A program made the position numbers and the translations under genes. A stretch of DNA of 64,000 nt from contig CM120647.1 of the NCBI GenBank assembly GCA_051362555.1, positions 19,816,651 through 19,880,650 on the forward strand, given 5' to 3'. The notes beneath the pieces are model-generated. The model did no database searches. It saw only the letters and a program-made list of their open reading frames with translations, and was not told where the DNA came from. Origin of the DNA: Lingula anatina. Taxonomy: Eukaryota > Animalia > Brachiopoda. Of the stretch, positions 1-12,432 are shown piece by piece (the stretch's first letter is position 1; each line of letters begins with the position of its first letter).

Positions 1-290
1 TTTATCACTTCCAAGAAGTGCAATAACAGTGCCCTTAATACAGTGCCTCATTCAAGACGGGGTTTTCAAAAGAAGAATTGTTGACCAATTTGTTCATTAC
101 AGTGACAAAATCGTTTTTATTTATCTCAATAAAAACGCCTGCAGTGCGATCTCTGTGATAATTAAAGCATGTAGACTACTGATGCACTTATTACAACCGC
201 TTTTTAATCACTTTAAAAATAAGACTAGATTTTCATACAAAGATACAGTTTAGAACCGCCGATTCAAAAATTACACGGCAAAGCAGGTAA
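1..290 (-). promoter_or_regulatory. Upstream region of a further C/D-like paralog lying left of the window
   Basis: tcacttccaagaagtgc..gtgcctcattcaagacggggttttcaaaagaa..gtttagaaccg matches 17804-18085 and 23123-23360, which lie ~105-390 bp upstream of the C and D start codons. Confidence 0.7.
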
Positions 291-2264
291 ATCCAGAATA
301 TAATGACAATAATAATAATTTATTGATCATAACAAGCTCTCTAAACTACAGTTTTACATGTACATAAGTTCGCACATAAGCTTAAATAAGTATAACTTCT
401 TTAGATCATTATAACATCAAAATGCATATAAGCTAACTACGTGAGACATATATCTCACAATAGTTAGGCACAATCTTATAATACTGGATATAGTATTATT
501 TGCAATATGCATTTGTTACTTTGACATAACTGACAGACTGTAGGCCCTATAAACTTGGTCACTACTGATGCACTTGCATGACACGAGAATTTGTATTATT
601 TTGCTATCATCACCAGTGCCTGATAGTCCAGAGAATCCTGACAGGGAATATATACACCACCCAGCAAACGATAATACTGATGATAATAATAATGCACTGA
701 GACATTATAATAACACAAAGAACTTAGGCCTACTAGAGAGCTTTCAGCTTCTTACAAAGACAGAAGAGGAGAGAAGAGAGCGATTTTTTTTAGTATAAGC
801 CCTTTTATACCGGTACAAGTTTGGCTAGTAGGCCTACACGTTCGCCAATCAAAGTAAATTATACAATGAACCGTCCTACCTGTAAGAGAGTGGTATCACG
901 CAACGTTACAGGAAGAGGTTCCAACTAGCACACCGGACTGTACTTTACTTACAGAGGCATCTGCCGGTAACAATACAAAACAATCTCAACTAACACAACA
1001 CAGGTACTGTATAGGTGCACTTAGAAAGCTTTTTATTCTGAGTCAGGAGAGATGGTACTGGCCCCATTCTTCCTTGCAATTTTCGCCATCACACCCTATC
1101 TATCTACACGGACCCTCTTTGTCATTGCATCCTCTACACAGAAATTATTGTTGTTGTCACCCTTACCCTGGTGTCCCATTACTATTGTGCTTCACGTAAC
1201 TTTACATGTACTGTATATGGCCTGTATGACGTATGTGACAGACACTTAACTTTGTCTTAGCAATGGAACAAATACACATGTTAATCAGAAATGTTTTCGT
1301 GTAGTTTTGTTTGTTGCGGTGGGTCTAAAGATCGCATTGGCATGGAGGTGGGGGACTGGAGGCCATATCTGACCTTCAGATGACCTGCTCAAAAGTTTAA
1401 AGGACCGATACAGATGGCTATATTGCATAACGTTAAATGGATTTTCTCTGAAACTTTGCCTATTTTCTCCTGAACCCCAAGGCAAAGTAAGTACCTCACA
1501 CAAAACAGTGGAGAAAATAACGATCAAATGATAAGTTTTTAAAATCACTTAAGGAAAAAAAGCGCAGCATTTTTTTGTCTCAACTTTTGACAAATTTTAC
1601 GTAAAATACAGAAATAAATAGATATTTAAAAGTATTTTTTTTAAATTTGATACCGAGGTATGAAGGTTAAATGATTATTTACTGTAATAAAAAAGATAAT
1701 AGTTATAAATGCTTTTATATCAAATTTGGTTTCACCATTTCATTACATGAGGTTTTATAAAAAATAAGCAATACAGACACTACTCTGGGATACTTTACGC
1801 ATTACAGGAAGTCAACCTCTTATTTATTTATTATTTATTTATTTATTTATTTATTTATATTTTGTAATTCTAAATTGACTCTGATTAATAATTTCACTTT
1901 ATTCTCACAAAATAGTGCTCTCCTATGTAGATAAGAATAGGAGATAAACTGATAATCATAAATATTAATAGGAATTACATGAACTGCATCATTCTAACAA
2001 TGAAGGTTAAGAGCAGTAATTGCAGATGTAATTTCAAGACTCCCCTTCGATGATGTGTGGGGACTAATGCTATATCAACCATAACGTACGGTTTTTACTT
2101 TTTTAACTTTTCAACTTTTTAACACGATTTAAAATTTTCTATTGACTCGGGAGTCTGGGCGCAGGAGGTCGATTTTGTTTCACGTGTTTGTGAAACTCAC
2201 ATTGTCTTTAACACTCTGGCTCTGCATTTTCAGCACCGACTTTTCAATCTTGCTGGGCATTATT

Positions 2265-4003
2265 TTATAGTAATCCCACCCTTTCTTCATTCTGTTGGTA
2301 GTTTCCCCTCTTCACTTTAGGCAAGCACAACCTAATTTTTACCAGGAGTTCATCTAGATATTTTTCCATTTCATTTCGAGCAAGTGCGTTCCTTTCTGCG
2401 GGCCACCTGAGTTTTACGGTAGGCTTACAAAACGTGCCGTCCATTAAGTCAAGGATCAATTTATTTGTTTCATCCTTTTTAAATTTATCTCGTTTAATTT
2501 TCTGGAGGATGATTGCAACGATTTTCAACTTTCCAGCATTTACCTGGGTTTGTGCCACTGCCAAAATGTCTTTGTGTTTCGGTGTAAAATAATTCTCGGA
2601 GACGAGCATGATGAACAGTCTACTTTGCCTTACTATTTTATCTAAGCTGTCTAAAATTGAACCTGAAGTAAGAAAAAAGAAATTATGCTAATTTAGTTAT
2701 GTTTACTAATTAACACCGATTAAGGTGGTTGGAGGTCTGCACATTTTCATCCATGTAAGTAGGACTGTGTGAAATCAGATCATTATTTGTTTAAAGCTCA
2801 TCGAAAAAAGTTAAACTTTTGTGTTAAGTAGGAAATGTTTACAGTGCGTTTACGATGGCAACGACATAAGTACAATGTAAAACACCAGCAAATTACCTGA
2901 AGACCACAATGAACTTTTTAGTATAATTAAAATAATTTAATCGAAGAAAAAATATAATGTGTTAACACAGATGTAACTACATCTCTTTACCCCCAACGTT
3001 ATCAGTCTGCTGTACCACTTTGTAATCATCTTTTAGGCGTTGAACAAGCTCCTGTACGCATTCTTTTGCATCTTCCTCTGGCCTTTCGTCCTCAGTCTCA
3101 CAAAAAGAAATGACCACGTCATTCACATATGAATCTGTCGAAATAAATAAGGAAAACAATAGTAACAAATAATCATCATTTTCCATTTGTCTAATTTTGA
3201 ATTTTTTTAAAAAATAAAACTAATTTTCTAAATATATATATTTTAGAAAAGGGTCCTTCTCCAAGTAAAAGTGAAATAAGTATTTCGATTCTTTACTATT
3301 CCAATATTAACTTAAATAAATCCGTGAATAGTCTTAGTAATACATGTAGTATACGCGAACATCAAATATCACTATTGCAGTTTTTTTGGGTAAAGAGGCA
3401 AACTGCTGTAAAATAACATAACAAACAACATTGCCTTTTGCTTCTGCAGCTTCCGTGAATTGGTTCCACTTCAGAACGTAGAGGTTGTTAGGGCGCTTCA
3501 GACACAACACTCGAAGACCGGTTGCAGTCAGAATAACCAGTGTCAAGGTTATAACAGGTACTATGATGACCCACGGGAGGTACAACTTGACAATAGCTGC
3601 AATGGTAGATGACATTAAACGAATGATACATGATGACAAACGTAACATAATGTGCTTTATCCAATGACTGAAAAAAAATAATACAGCTGATTCATCAATT
3701 ATAATACGAACAGATTGTTATAACATATAATTCCACATTTTACAATTATAGTCTAACAATTATAAAATACATTAGTGACATATTCAGTCCGATACTGAAG
3801 GTACGTACTCATGCATAAAACAGCTAGTAGTCGACATCTGAATATTGGAACCATGCGACATTGAATCTGTTTTGCCGAACACTTATAATATACATGTATT
3901 TGCTCGAACAATTGCATTTGCATTCAGTGTTTTGGCAGTTAGTATACATAAGTAGATCACTTTGTTTATTTCTCTTATCAGTGAATTGCAGGTGATCCTC
4001 TCT

Positions 4004-4044
<41 letters not shown>

Positions 4045-4379
4045 CGTGTGTGTGTGTTTGAGTGTGTGTGTGTGTCACCACCTACCAGTCGGCAACGGGT
4101 TAACATTCTTCACTTCAGCATTACACCTGTCTTCATCACTACAGTAGCATTCAACACCTTGAAAATCTTCAAACTTTCCACTTCTAAAGTAACTAAAAAA
4201 CCTCTCGAATCCTATCATTCTCAAATCCGTCGAGCCCTTTCTCGCGTGATCCCCAGTCATGTACCGACATCCGTCCCCCTCCGGCCGCTTGGCGGCACAG
4301 AACCGTAAGCTATAGGCTACCGTATGGCTCTGCAATCATTCAAATGATACATTTAACATAATAATAGAAAGAAGAACAA

Positions 4380-4425
<46 letters not shown>

Positions 4426-6204
4426 TATATTGAGTCTAAAACCAAAATTTGTTCCCGAAGATGACCAATGCAAATGCAACGTGATATATACATAATAAAA
4501 AGGCTAGTAAAAGAAATATAGGGTATACCTACGTGATATTTGTCACGTTTTGAGATTGTGTCATTCAACATGTCCAGTTATGTTTTTTACATACAAAAAG
4601 GACAAAATGTCAAAACCCCTAACCCTACCCTTGTTTACGGTATTTCTTAAGAGAAAGTAATTTGAATATCTCGTGATTAACCCACCTCCTGTTTATTTAT
4701 ATGTCGAAAAGAAAATCCCATCTGTACACAGCCTTCACTGCACTCGTTATTGTTATTGTTGTTGTTGTTGTTGTTATTTTGAGGTCTAAATTCTACATTT
4801 TTCCAGTAGACTTAACCAGAACAATGCAACATGAATAAATAAAAATAAAAAAATAGTAAAAGAAATATAGTTTATAGCTACATGACATATATCACCTCAT
4901 TTAAAAGGTATATGTACACTGTATATGCTTTACCTGCAAAAGAGACAAAATGTCAAGACCCCCTTAACCCCACCCCACCCACCTCCTTGGTTACAGTTTG
5001 TTCATAATCGTTTGCAATTCCAGTATTTCGTGTTAAAGGACCCGTTCACATAATAACCATCAGTCAATGTAGATCGATCTAATTCTGCGTGTACTCTTGC
5101 TTAGAGCAATCGGCTAAACTGATGACAAACCTCTTGGTTCTAGAGTGCTCATGTAATCATCGGCTTTTGTGTTTTTTACCCAACACCATTAGGAGGCATA
5201 GGGCCTATGTCATTCAGTGCAGCTGATTGCGCTCAACAAGTCTCCGCAGAGTTGAATCGAACTAGTTAGACCGACGGTGGCTATGGGGTTGGGGCCTATC
5301 TCACCTCCTGTTTATTTATATGTCGAAAAGAAAACCCCATCTGTACACAGCCTTCACTGCACTCGGCGGTCGTGTTCACGGTCGTGTGGCTGCCATTACA
5401 GCGCACGTCTCCTAGTGGGCCCAACACACTAACGCCATCTATCTCAAGGTATTTGCAGTCGATGCACAGAATGCCGAGAACTGAAATTAAGTGTTGTGTT
5501 GATAGCTAATCTCCAAAGCATTTGTGGTATTGATTTGTTTATAATTCTTTTTTTTCTTCTCTCTGCCTGTCAGTCTGTCTGCCTTATCATTAGCAACTAC
5601 AAAATTAGCAATTAATCCACTCATTTCCAAGACCAAAAACCAATATGATAAAAAAATAAATAAAAAGGAAAAATAGACGATATAGAATCAAATGTGTTTG
5701 TTTAGTCTATAAGTCCTCTTTATGGGACAAAAATATTATATAGGACTTCTTTGTTTTTAAAGAATTACAATATGTGCAAAAGACCAGGACAATTACCAGG
5801 ACAATATACATATGTGTGTGTATGTGTGTGTGTATGTTTGTGTGTGTATGTGTGTGTGCGTGTGTGTGTGCGTGTGCCCCCTTTCCACAGCCCACAGCAA
5901 AAAACTAGCTCCTGGGCAGTACTTTTTGGTAGCTTAAAATCTAACATTTTATTTGTGTTTCACTCCTTCGTTTACTAGTTACTAAAAGACAAAAATAATG
6001 GACTTAATACCGATACGTTTTTGTTCCAGATAGACTGAATTTTTTTACATATAAAGGTATCTTTGCTACAATTTCACATGTTTAAGACATGATCAGATGT
6101 TAACGAGACGTGACCGTTTTGTTTGTGACCACATTAGAGATAACCTTACCTCTGCGGTTCAATGTGACGAGAAGAAATACTGCAACCGAACACAGCTGCC
6201 GCAT
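2265..6204 (-). CDS. Receptor A: signal peptide + Ly6/uPAR (LU) domain + TM + TIR, ~392 aa, 6 exons (6150-6204, 5305-5480, 4086-4329, 3435-3596, 2991-3134, 2265-2662)
   Basis: Exons join in frame (1179 nt). Signal MRQLCSVAVFLLVTLN. LU domain with 10 Cys (CIDC..C..CSEGC..C..C..CYC..CN). TM PWVIIVPVITLTLVILTATGL. TIR motifs YVNDVVISF, RQSRLFIMLVSENYF, KIVAIIL, LRWP. One inferred GC donor at 3433-3434. Confidence 0.85.
4433..4746 (-). repeat. Intronic duplication in receptor A, including a partial copy of exon 2 (4685-4746)
   Basis: 4685-4746 is nearly identical to 5305-5366; 4433-4640 resembles 4781-4995. Confidence 0.8.
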
Positions 6205-6818
6205 GCTGGATATTTTCAGGTGCCTTTAGCTGAACAAGCCTCAGAATGAATAAAGTAGGACACATTTTTACACCGCATCAATGCGCCTGTAAAACCCGCT
6301 TTTGTAGGACAGTGGTTTACATGACAAATAAACTTGAGGGTCTTTCAAACGCGACCCCGTGTGATGTTATTGTGTTTTTTAGCGATGTGAAAAGATCTAA
6401 ATATTCTCCTTTGTTGATTTTGGCTATTATTTATGCTTGACGAGGTGTATTTACATAAGATTACGGCATGCCGCGTCTATATTGAACATTTGAACTGGGT
6501 CGGGTATCATGCCACTACCCATGCTGCAGACTGCTGGTTGAGAACAATGGTTTTGACTTTAAGAGTCCGGAAAATAAATACAAAGCTTCACACAATATTT
6601 CGCCATACCATATGATGCTTATTCATTGAAATCTATTCCAATAACGTACATATATAAGGTATACTTCTTACGTAAGTGATACATGTATATGTCAATGGCA
6701 GTAATATAGGAAATGTTTTTCTGCACGATTTTATGCAACCTCGATTTTTAGTTCCACATACAGCCAGTTTGGTGCAGACGTAGACAAAGATACATCAATA
6801 TCGCTCGTTGCCATGAAT

Positions 6819-8268
6819 CTAGACATCTAATTCAATTTGTTCTTGGTGCAGACCGTCTCCGCCAGCTCTTTCAGCTTGGTTTTCAAGATTTGGCATGAAG
6901 TCCGCGATGTCATTAAAAAACTTATCCATAGCGTCTTCATTAGGTTTTTCAAAACACGGCTGTTTCATCAGTTTTCTTACAGAGGCAAAGTCTTTATTTA
7001 GTTTCAAATTGCGATCAAAATCTTTCAAAATTATTGGAATTATTCTGATTTTGTTGTCGTTTAGCTTTTTCCTGACTCTTCCACATAGGTCATTCACGCC
7101 ATCCATATCAAAATACTCCGGCGAAACGATCATGATGAATCGACTGCTGGTTTCAATGGCAATGTCTTCCTTTTCTGGAAATACAACATATAGATTTCAT
7201 GGTCTACTCTGATATTCACTACACATATACAGTGTCTGTAGATAAAGAATAATGGAATAATGTTTTAAAACTGCTCGTTTAAACCGAAAAAATGGAAGAT
7301 TTTCAACAATAAAAACACAGCGTACATAAGGACTTTTCACCTTATGGCCCCAAATAGTTAAATCTGTTAACTACACAAGTTCAGAATTTATATCTAAGCC
7401 TATACTATTGGAGCTACTTTTGAATATGAAATGGCACATACGTCTTGCAATATCCCCGACCCTTTCGTCAGGTTTATATATTCTAAAACCGCGGCGCTCC
7501 AACTCTGGTATAAGTCTTCTTTTTACAAACGCTCTGTCCTCTGGTACGGACTCATTGTACGAAATAAAGGCATGGAAGTAGAATCCTAGAAAATAGAGAA
7601 GCTTGTTATAATGCATGACGGAACTTAATCACAAAGTTGCTACTATATACAGCAGCTTAATCGCATCACCCAGACGGAAGTTGAGTACTTCTTGCAGTCT
7701 GGAATGGTCTGTAAGCAGTTCACCATCTTTACTATCTCCTTTTCAGTCTTGACAACAATATTTTAACTTCCATAAATGTTCGGAAAAAGAGGCGACATAT
7801 GAAAAGCGTATATGACTCTATTTCTCCACTGAGAAATTCAACACGTTGGGGTAGCATACATTACCACATTTTTTTTTTTTTTGTATTGTAGAATGCATGC
7901 CTCGTGGCTGGATCTCGAATTGCCTTAACCGTTACACTCGTTGATTCTTACCTTTTATTTCACCGGTTTCTTTCCATTCATCTGAAAGAGTTGAGGCAAC
8001 GAACATGAACATACATGTACATATATAAGGCTTCTGAACATGGATATTGGACGATAATTTTTTTTATTAAAAATACCATTATGGATACGAAACATATGAC
8101 GATGCCAGATGTTTTATCCAGACAACATTGTTTTTGTTGAAAAATAGAAAATAAATAATCTGAAAACAGTTGTTCATCTTATTAATTAAGTTTTGTTCAG
8201 TTTTAACTTCAATAATTCGACTTAACGACTTTGATGAAATCTAAATGAGAATAATGTTTATTTCTTTA

Positions 8269-8304
<36 letters not shown>

Positions 8305-11253
8305 CTGATTCACCCAACTGCTGGGAAAGCATTCGTTACAATACAAAATGCAAGTCACGATGGTCTTAAGGCGAGGGGTTTACTGTTAATGGATGCCAGT
8401 CATTACCTTTGGGGTCTCCTTCCTTCAAAACATCTGGAACAAATCAAGCAGAGATTATTGTACATAATAATAATAATAATAATAAATTCAGTAACGGCAT
8501 ATTCCTTTTAACATATCAATAAGCCTTGCAGGATATTTAATTTTATTGAAAAATCTGAAGTTAAACAATCTTATAAAAGAACAAACAATACATATTGAAC
8601 ATTTACTGAAACCTCGATTGAATTAATCGTTGTAATCGTCCAAATTGAAAACTTCTAGAATACATTTTAGATACAGATGGTGGAAATGACAACGAGACAT
8701 TCGCGCTGTTTTCTTGAAATCGTAATGATTATACACATGCATAGTTAGAAAATAAAATAACCGAACAACAACAGTCAAACGCTAATTTCTCACTCACATT
8801 GAAATCATAGGTTGCAAATCTTGTAGTTGGCCTGGCCTTAGGGTGATAAAATCGTAATAAACTTACTATCGCCTTCAAAATGTCTCGATCTTGCATCCAG
8901 ATTTGCTGTAAGAATTTTGCCTTTCCGTAGTGCCCAGATAAAAACTATTGCTGCTGAAACTATGATTACGATGCCCACGGAAACACAAGGAATGATGATA
9001 TTCCACGGAGGTCGCTCCCTGGGGATGGCTGCAATTAATGGTCAATAAATATTGATTTACAAAGTAAATTGAAGTCATACATATTAACGTGTGATCACAA
9101 ACCATATCATTGTAATATGTGTTATTATGTAGGATCATTTGTTAAATTAACCATTTTGCAAAGGAGTTTCTGCATCAACATACAGTACATACGTGTGAAA
9201 ATACCAACAATTTAGTATATTTCGCTATTTAATTTCATTACATTTCATAAAGACGGTAGTTAAAATAATTTGATGGCAGTGAATGATTAGCATACGTGGT
9301 ACCGCAAGGTTCCTTTGACAAAGATTTCAAACAAATGTGATGTTGTGTTTTTTTTTTCGTCTCATCTTCCTTTCATTTCTTTCATTATTGCCTGTACTTA
9401 AAAAAATACTGAAATTATACAGAAACTATAGCCGATAGTAACTGTCAACTGTGATCAAATAAAACCAAAAAAATACCCGCTTTGGAAAAACACGCAATGC
9501 CTACCCGTTGGGAGTGGGCCCAAATTACTGATATCTTTATTACACATATCACCGTCATTGCAGAAGCATTCTTTTCCCTCGATGTCCACGACAGTGAAAA
9601 ACGGAAAAATAGGTAGCAGTTGATGTACGTCCGAAACAGCCTTGTGACTCAGTTCCTGAAACAACGAACTCTGCGCATCATTCGACATGTCCCGGCATCC
9701 GGGGGTCACCAGGAGCTCTACTGCGCAGGACCGGAAGTGAATTGTCATGTTCACAGCTTTGTTTACCTAAAAAAACGGCAATGTATTACAATTACATTTT
9801 TAATTCTTTTCTCTCTTTACTGCCTTAGCTAAAATTGGGTGTTTCTTCAAATATCAGTGTTACATTAAGGATATCCTTAACCTTTGCCAATAACTCCGTA
9901 TTTACTGCCTTTTATACTTTCTTTTGTGTAAAAGATAAAAAGTCAGTGTTCAGTGATTAAATTAATTAACATTCTCACACGTTTCACCTTAAGGGGGACG
10001 TCATAATTGCGATTTTGAAAACACAGTTAAATATGAAATACTTTCATAATAAAGAGAGCCATTCCGACTTTCTGTCCTCGCTAGCTTTCATCATAACAGG
10101 CCTAAATATAGAATAGATATATTTACCGATTTGTATACAGTTATCATAGTAACTTGGAACTGGATGCATGCTTCGCTGCAATTTCTGGTCACATTTATAG
10201 CGGTCGGGCTGTCCATGCAGCGGGGATCAGCTTGTAAAGCTCGGTTCATAAGGGCTATGGCACTCGTCTCATTACCCTCCAGATACATACAATCTACGCA
10301 CTGTAGTGCTCCTTGAAATACAAGATAATGAAGTAATATTTTAACCAATTAATTAAATGAGAAAACCGGCATAATGTGTAAAATCATAGCTTGTGGATAA
10401 TATAACAAATCTTACACGTGCTGGCTTTAACAGAAAAAGCTTCATCATGGTCACCGCCTTGATCTTGTATAAGTAAATAAATAAATTACGCTGAAAACGC
10501 AACTATAAAGATCAGTACGGCTGTACATGTAGGCCTATGCTACTGTAGATAAGTGCCCGAACTTTTGGCTTGTGTGTTTTCTTCAGGGACTTCTTCGGGG
10601 ATTATTCTGATTTTAGTCTCTGAAAAACGCACACAAGTCGACAACTTGGGCTTTAGCAGAAGTACGTAACAGCAATATCATTTCAGATTCTCTCAGTAGG
10701 CCTACTACATGTAACTTGGTTTCTTATGACATTAACAGCGGTCCTTTAATACGATTCGTCTTATTCGCCCAGGGAAATATCAAAATAGCCGTAATTTAAA
10801 ATAATCAGTATATCCGTTGCATGACTATGAGTGTCATAACTTACATGACTGTGTGGCAAACAATGCACTGATACATTTTCTACAGGCAGCACTCACACAC
10901 ACTAGGCTTACACCCCTTTCCCCGAGATAAGATCGACCTACTTTAGATCGACCTAACTCCCTGGGGGTTCACTCTAAATAGCTGTCAGCCGGGCGGACAC
11001 GAAAGTTAATTACCCCCTTACAGCTTGTAGTAGGCGGGACGGACATTTAAGTCGGATTATCTGAAAGTAATCTAGTGAGACTCCCGCGGGGATAGATCGA
11101 TCTAAAATCTATGGGAATAGAGCCTTAGTATCAAAACTGCTAGTTTTCAATTTAAGTAGTTTCGTGAAGAAGTTCCTCACGTTTTTACCAGTACTTACCA
11201 ACATTCGGAATAACTACAAAGGATAAAAAAGCAAAGACCTGCCATAAGTTCAT
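6819..11253 (-). CDS. Receptor B: signal peptide + LU domain + TM + TIR, ~406 aa, 8 exons (11199-11253, 10127-10311, 9505-9766, 8867-9028, 8407-8433, 7952-7981, 7442-7585, 6819-7174)
   Basis: All introns GT-AG and in frame (1221 nt). Signal MNLWQVFAFLSFVVIP. LU CVDC..C..CSEAC..C..C..CFC..CN. TM PWNIIIPCVSVGIVIIVSAAIVFIWAL followed by RK. TIR FHAFISY..FVKRRLIPELERRGFRIY..AIETSSRFIMIVSPEYF..IIPIIL. Exon sizes 55/162/144 equal those of receptor A. The two micro-exons are less certain. Confidence 0.88.
10911..11124. mobile_element. MITE, PIF/Harbinger-like, copy 1 (intron 1 of receptor B)
   Basis: Homologous to 30305-30522; terminal agatcga(c/t)cta inverted motifs; TTA on both sides. Confidence 0.65.
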
Positions 11254-11399
11254 TGCTGATTCTTAGTTCTTACACTTAGAGTACTGTCACTACAGCAGAT
11301 TTCTTCTTGGACGTGTTTACAGAGCGCATGCGCATACCGCAACGTGATAACATTGGCCTATGTAAAGCGAAACAATTGAGCACAGTTTAAAAAAAAGTT

Positions 11400-12355
11400 T
11401 CTCTAATTCAAACTTAGCCGGGAGGTTTGCAATTGTTCAATCAATTGAATATATTAAAACCCTGGGACAAAGTTGGTCGGCTTTCACATTAGCACTTAGG
11501 TAAACATATACTAGTATGTACCTGTAATTGTTAACGCTGTTTACGAAAAAACTTGAACGTCTGGTTTCGACAAAAGATGATTGATACTTGTCATCTTTCG
11601 GATTTCATTTGAACGTTCAGAAAATAATTACAGCACGACCCACGGGTCTTGGTATCTTATACGTTCAAAGCGCTGAGGGTTTTATTTCGGTGTTAATTCT
11701 ATTCGCAGACAGATGGCATAAACACACGTATATAGGGTTGCTTTTCAGTTGAGTTATTCTTTACATCAAAACCGATCGCGGCATTTTTCAGTGTGCTCGA
11801 TGTAATTCAAAACCACATTATAAACGTGCCTGGGGACTCTCGTGAGTTATCCAAGAGATTTTTTATGTAAGAGCTAAAGCCACTGAAATAAATCTATCTA
11901 TTCGGTTTATAAGACTTATCTCATTCAAACTTAACCGGCAGGTTTCAGTTGTGCAATCAATTGAAAAAAAAAGACCGTGGGACAAAGTTGACCCGCTTTC
12001 ACGTTGGGACTTACATAAACATGCACAGAGTTCCAGTACCTACACGTAATTGTTAAAGCTGTTTGCGAAAGAACTAGAACTTTGCAGTCTGAATGCATTC
12101 TCGTTTCGACAAAAGGTGATCTGTTTACTTCTCCGTCGTGCAGGGTTGTATTTGATCGTTAAAATTCAGACAACAATTACAGTACGACCCATGGGACATG
12201 TCATCTTATACGTTCAGAGCGCTGAAGGTTTTATTTCGGTTTTAATCCCATTGGTAGACAGACTGCAAAAAACTTGATTTTCGGTTGAATTAATCTTCGC
12301 GTCAAAACCAACACTTTTCAGTGTGCACATTTGCTATTCAAAACCAAATCATAAA
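11400..12355. repeat. Diverged tandem duplication (~11400-11830 vs ~11920-12355) upstream of receptor B
   Basis: Collinear shared blocks: attcaaactta, caatcaattgaa, gggacaaagttg, tcttatacgttca, gttttatttcggt, attcaaaacca. Confidence 0.75.
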
Positions 12356-12432
12356 TATCTGCACGTCCACGATACTGGGTAATAACAACTGGACATGGGC
12401 ATCAAACTTTCAACATGGCGCCGATCTTGTGA

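Noticed and set aside
3597-3667. Upstream AG at 3668-3669 as acceptor for the TM exon
   Set aside because: It gives a stop in phase 1. The attgcag acceptor at 3597-3598 is homologous to that of receptor B.
3824-3960. Cys-rich stretch TNCQNTECKCNCSS between the LU and TM exons of receptor A
   Set aside because: No convincing splice sites; the flanking exons already join in frame and match receptor B.
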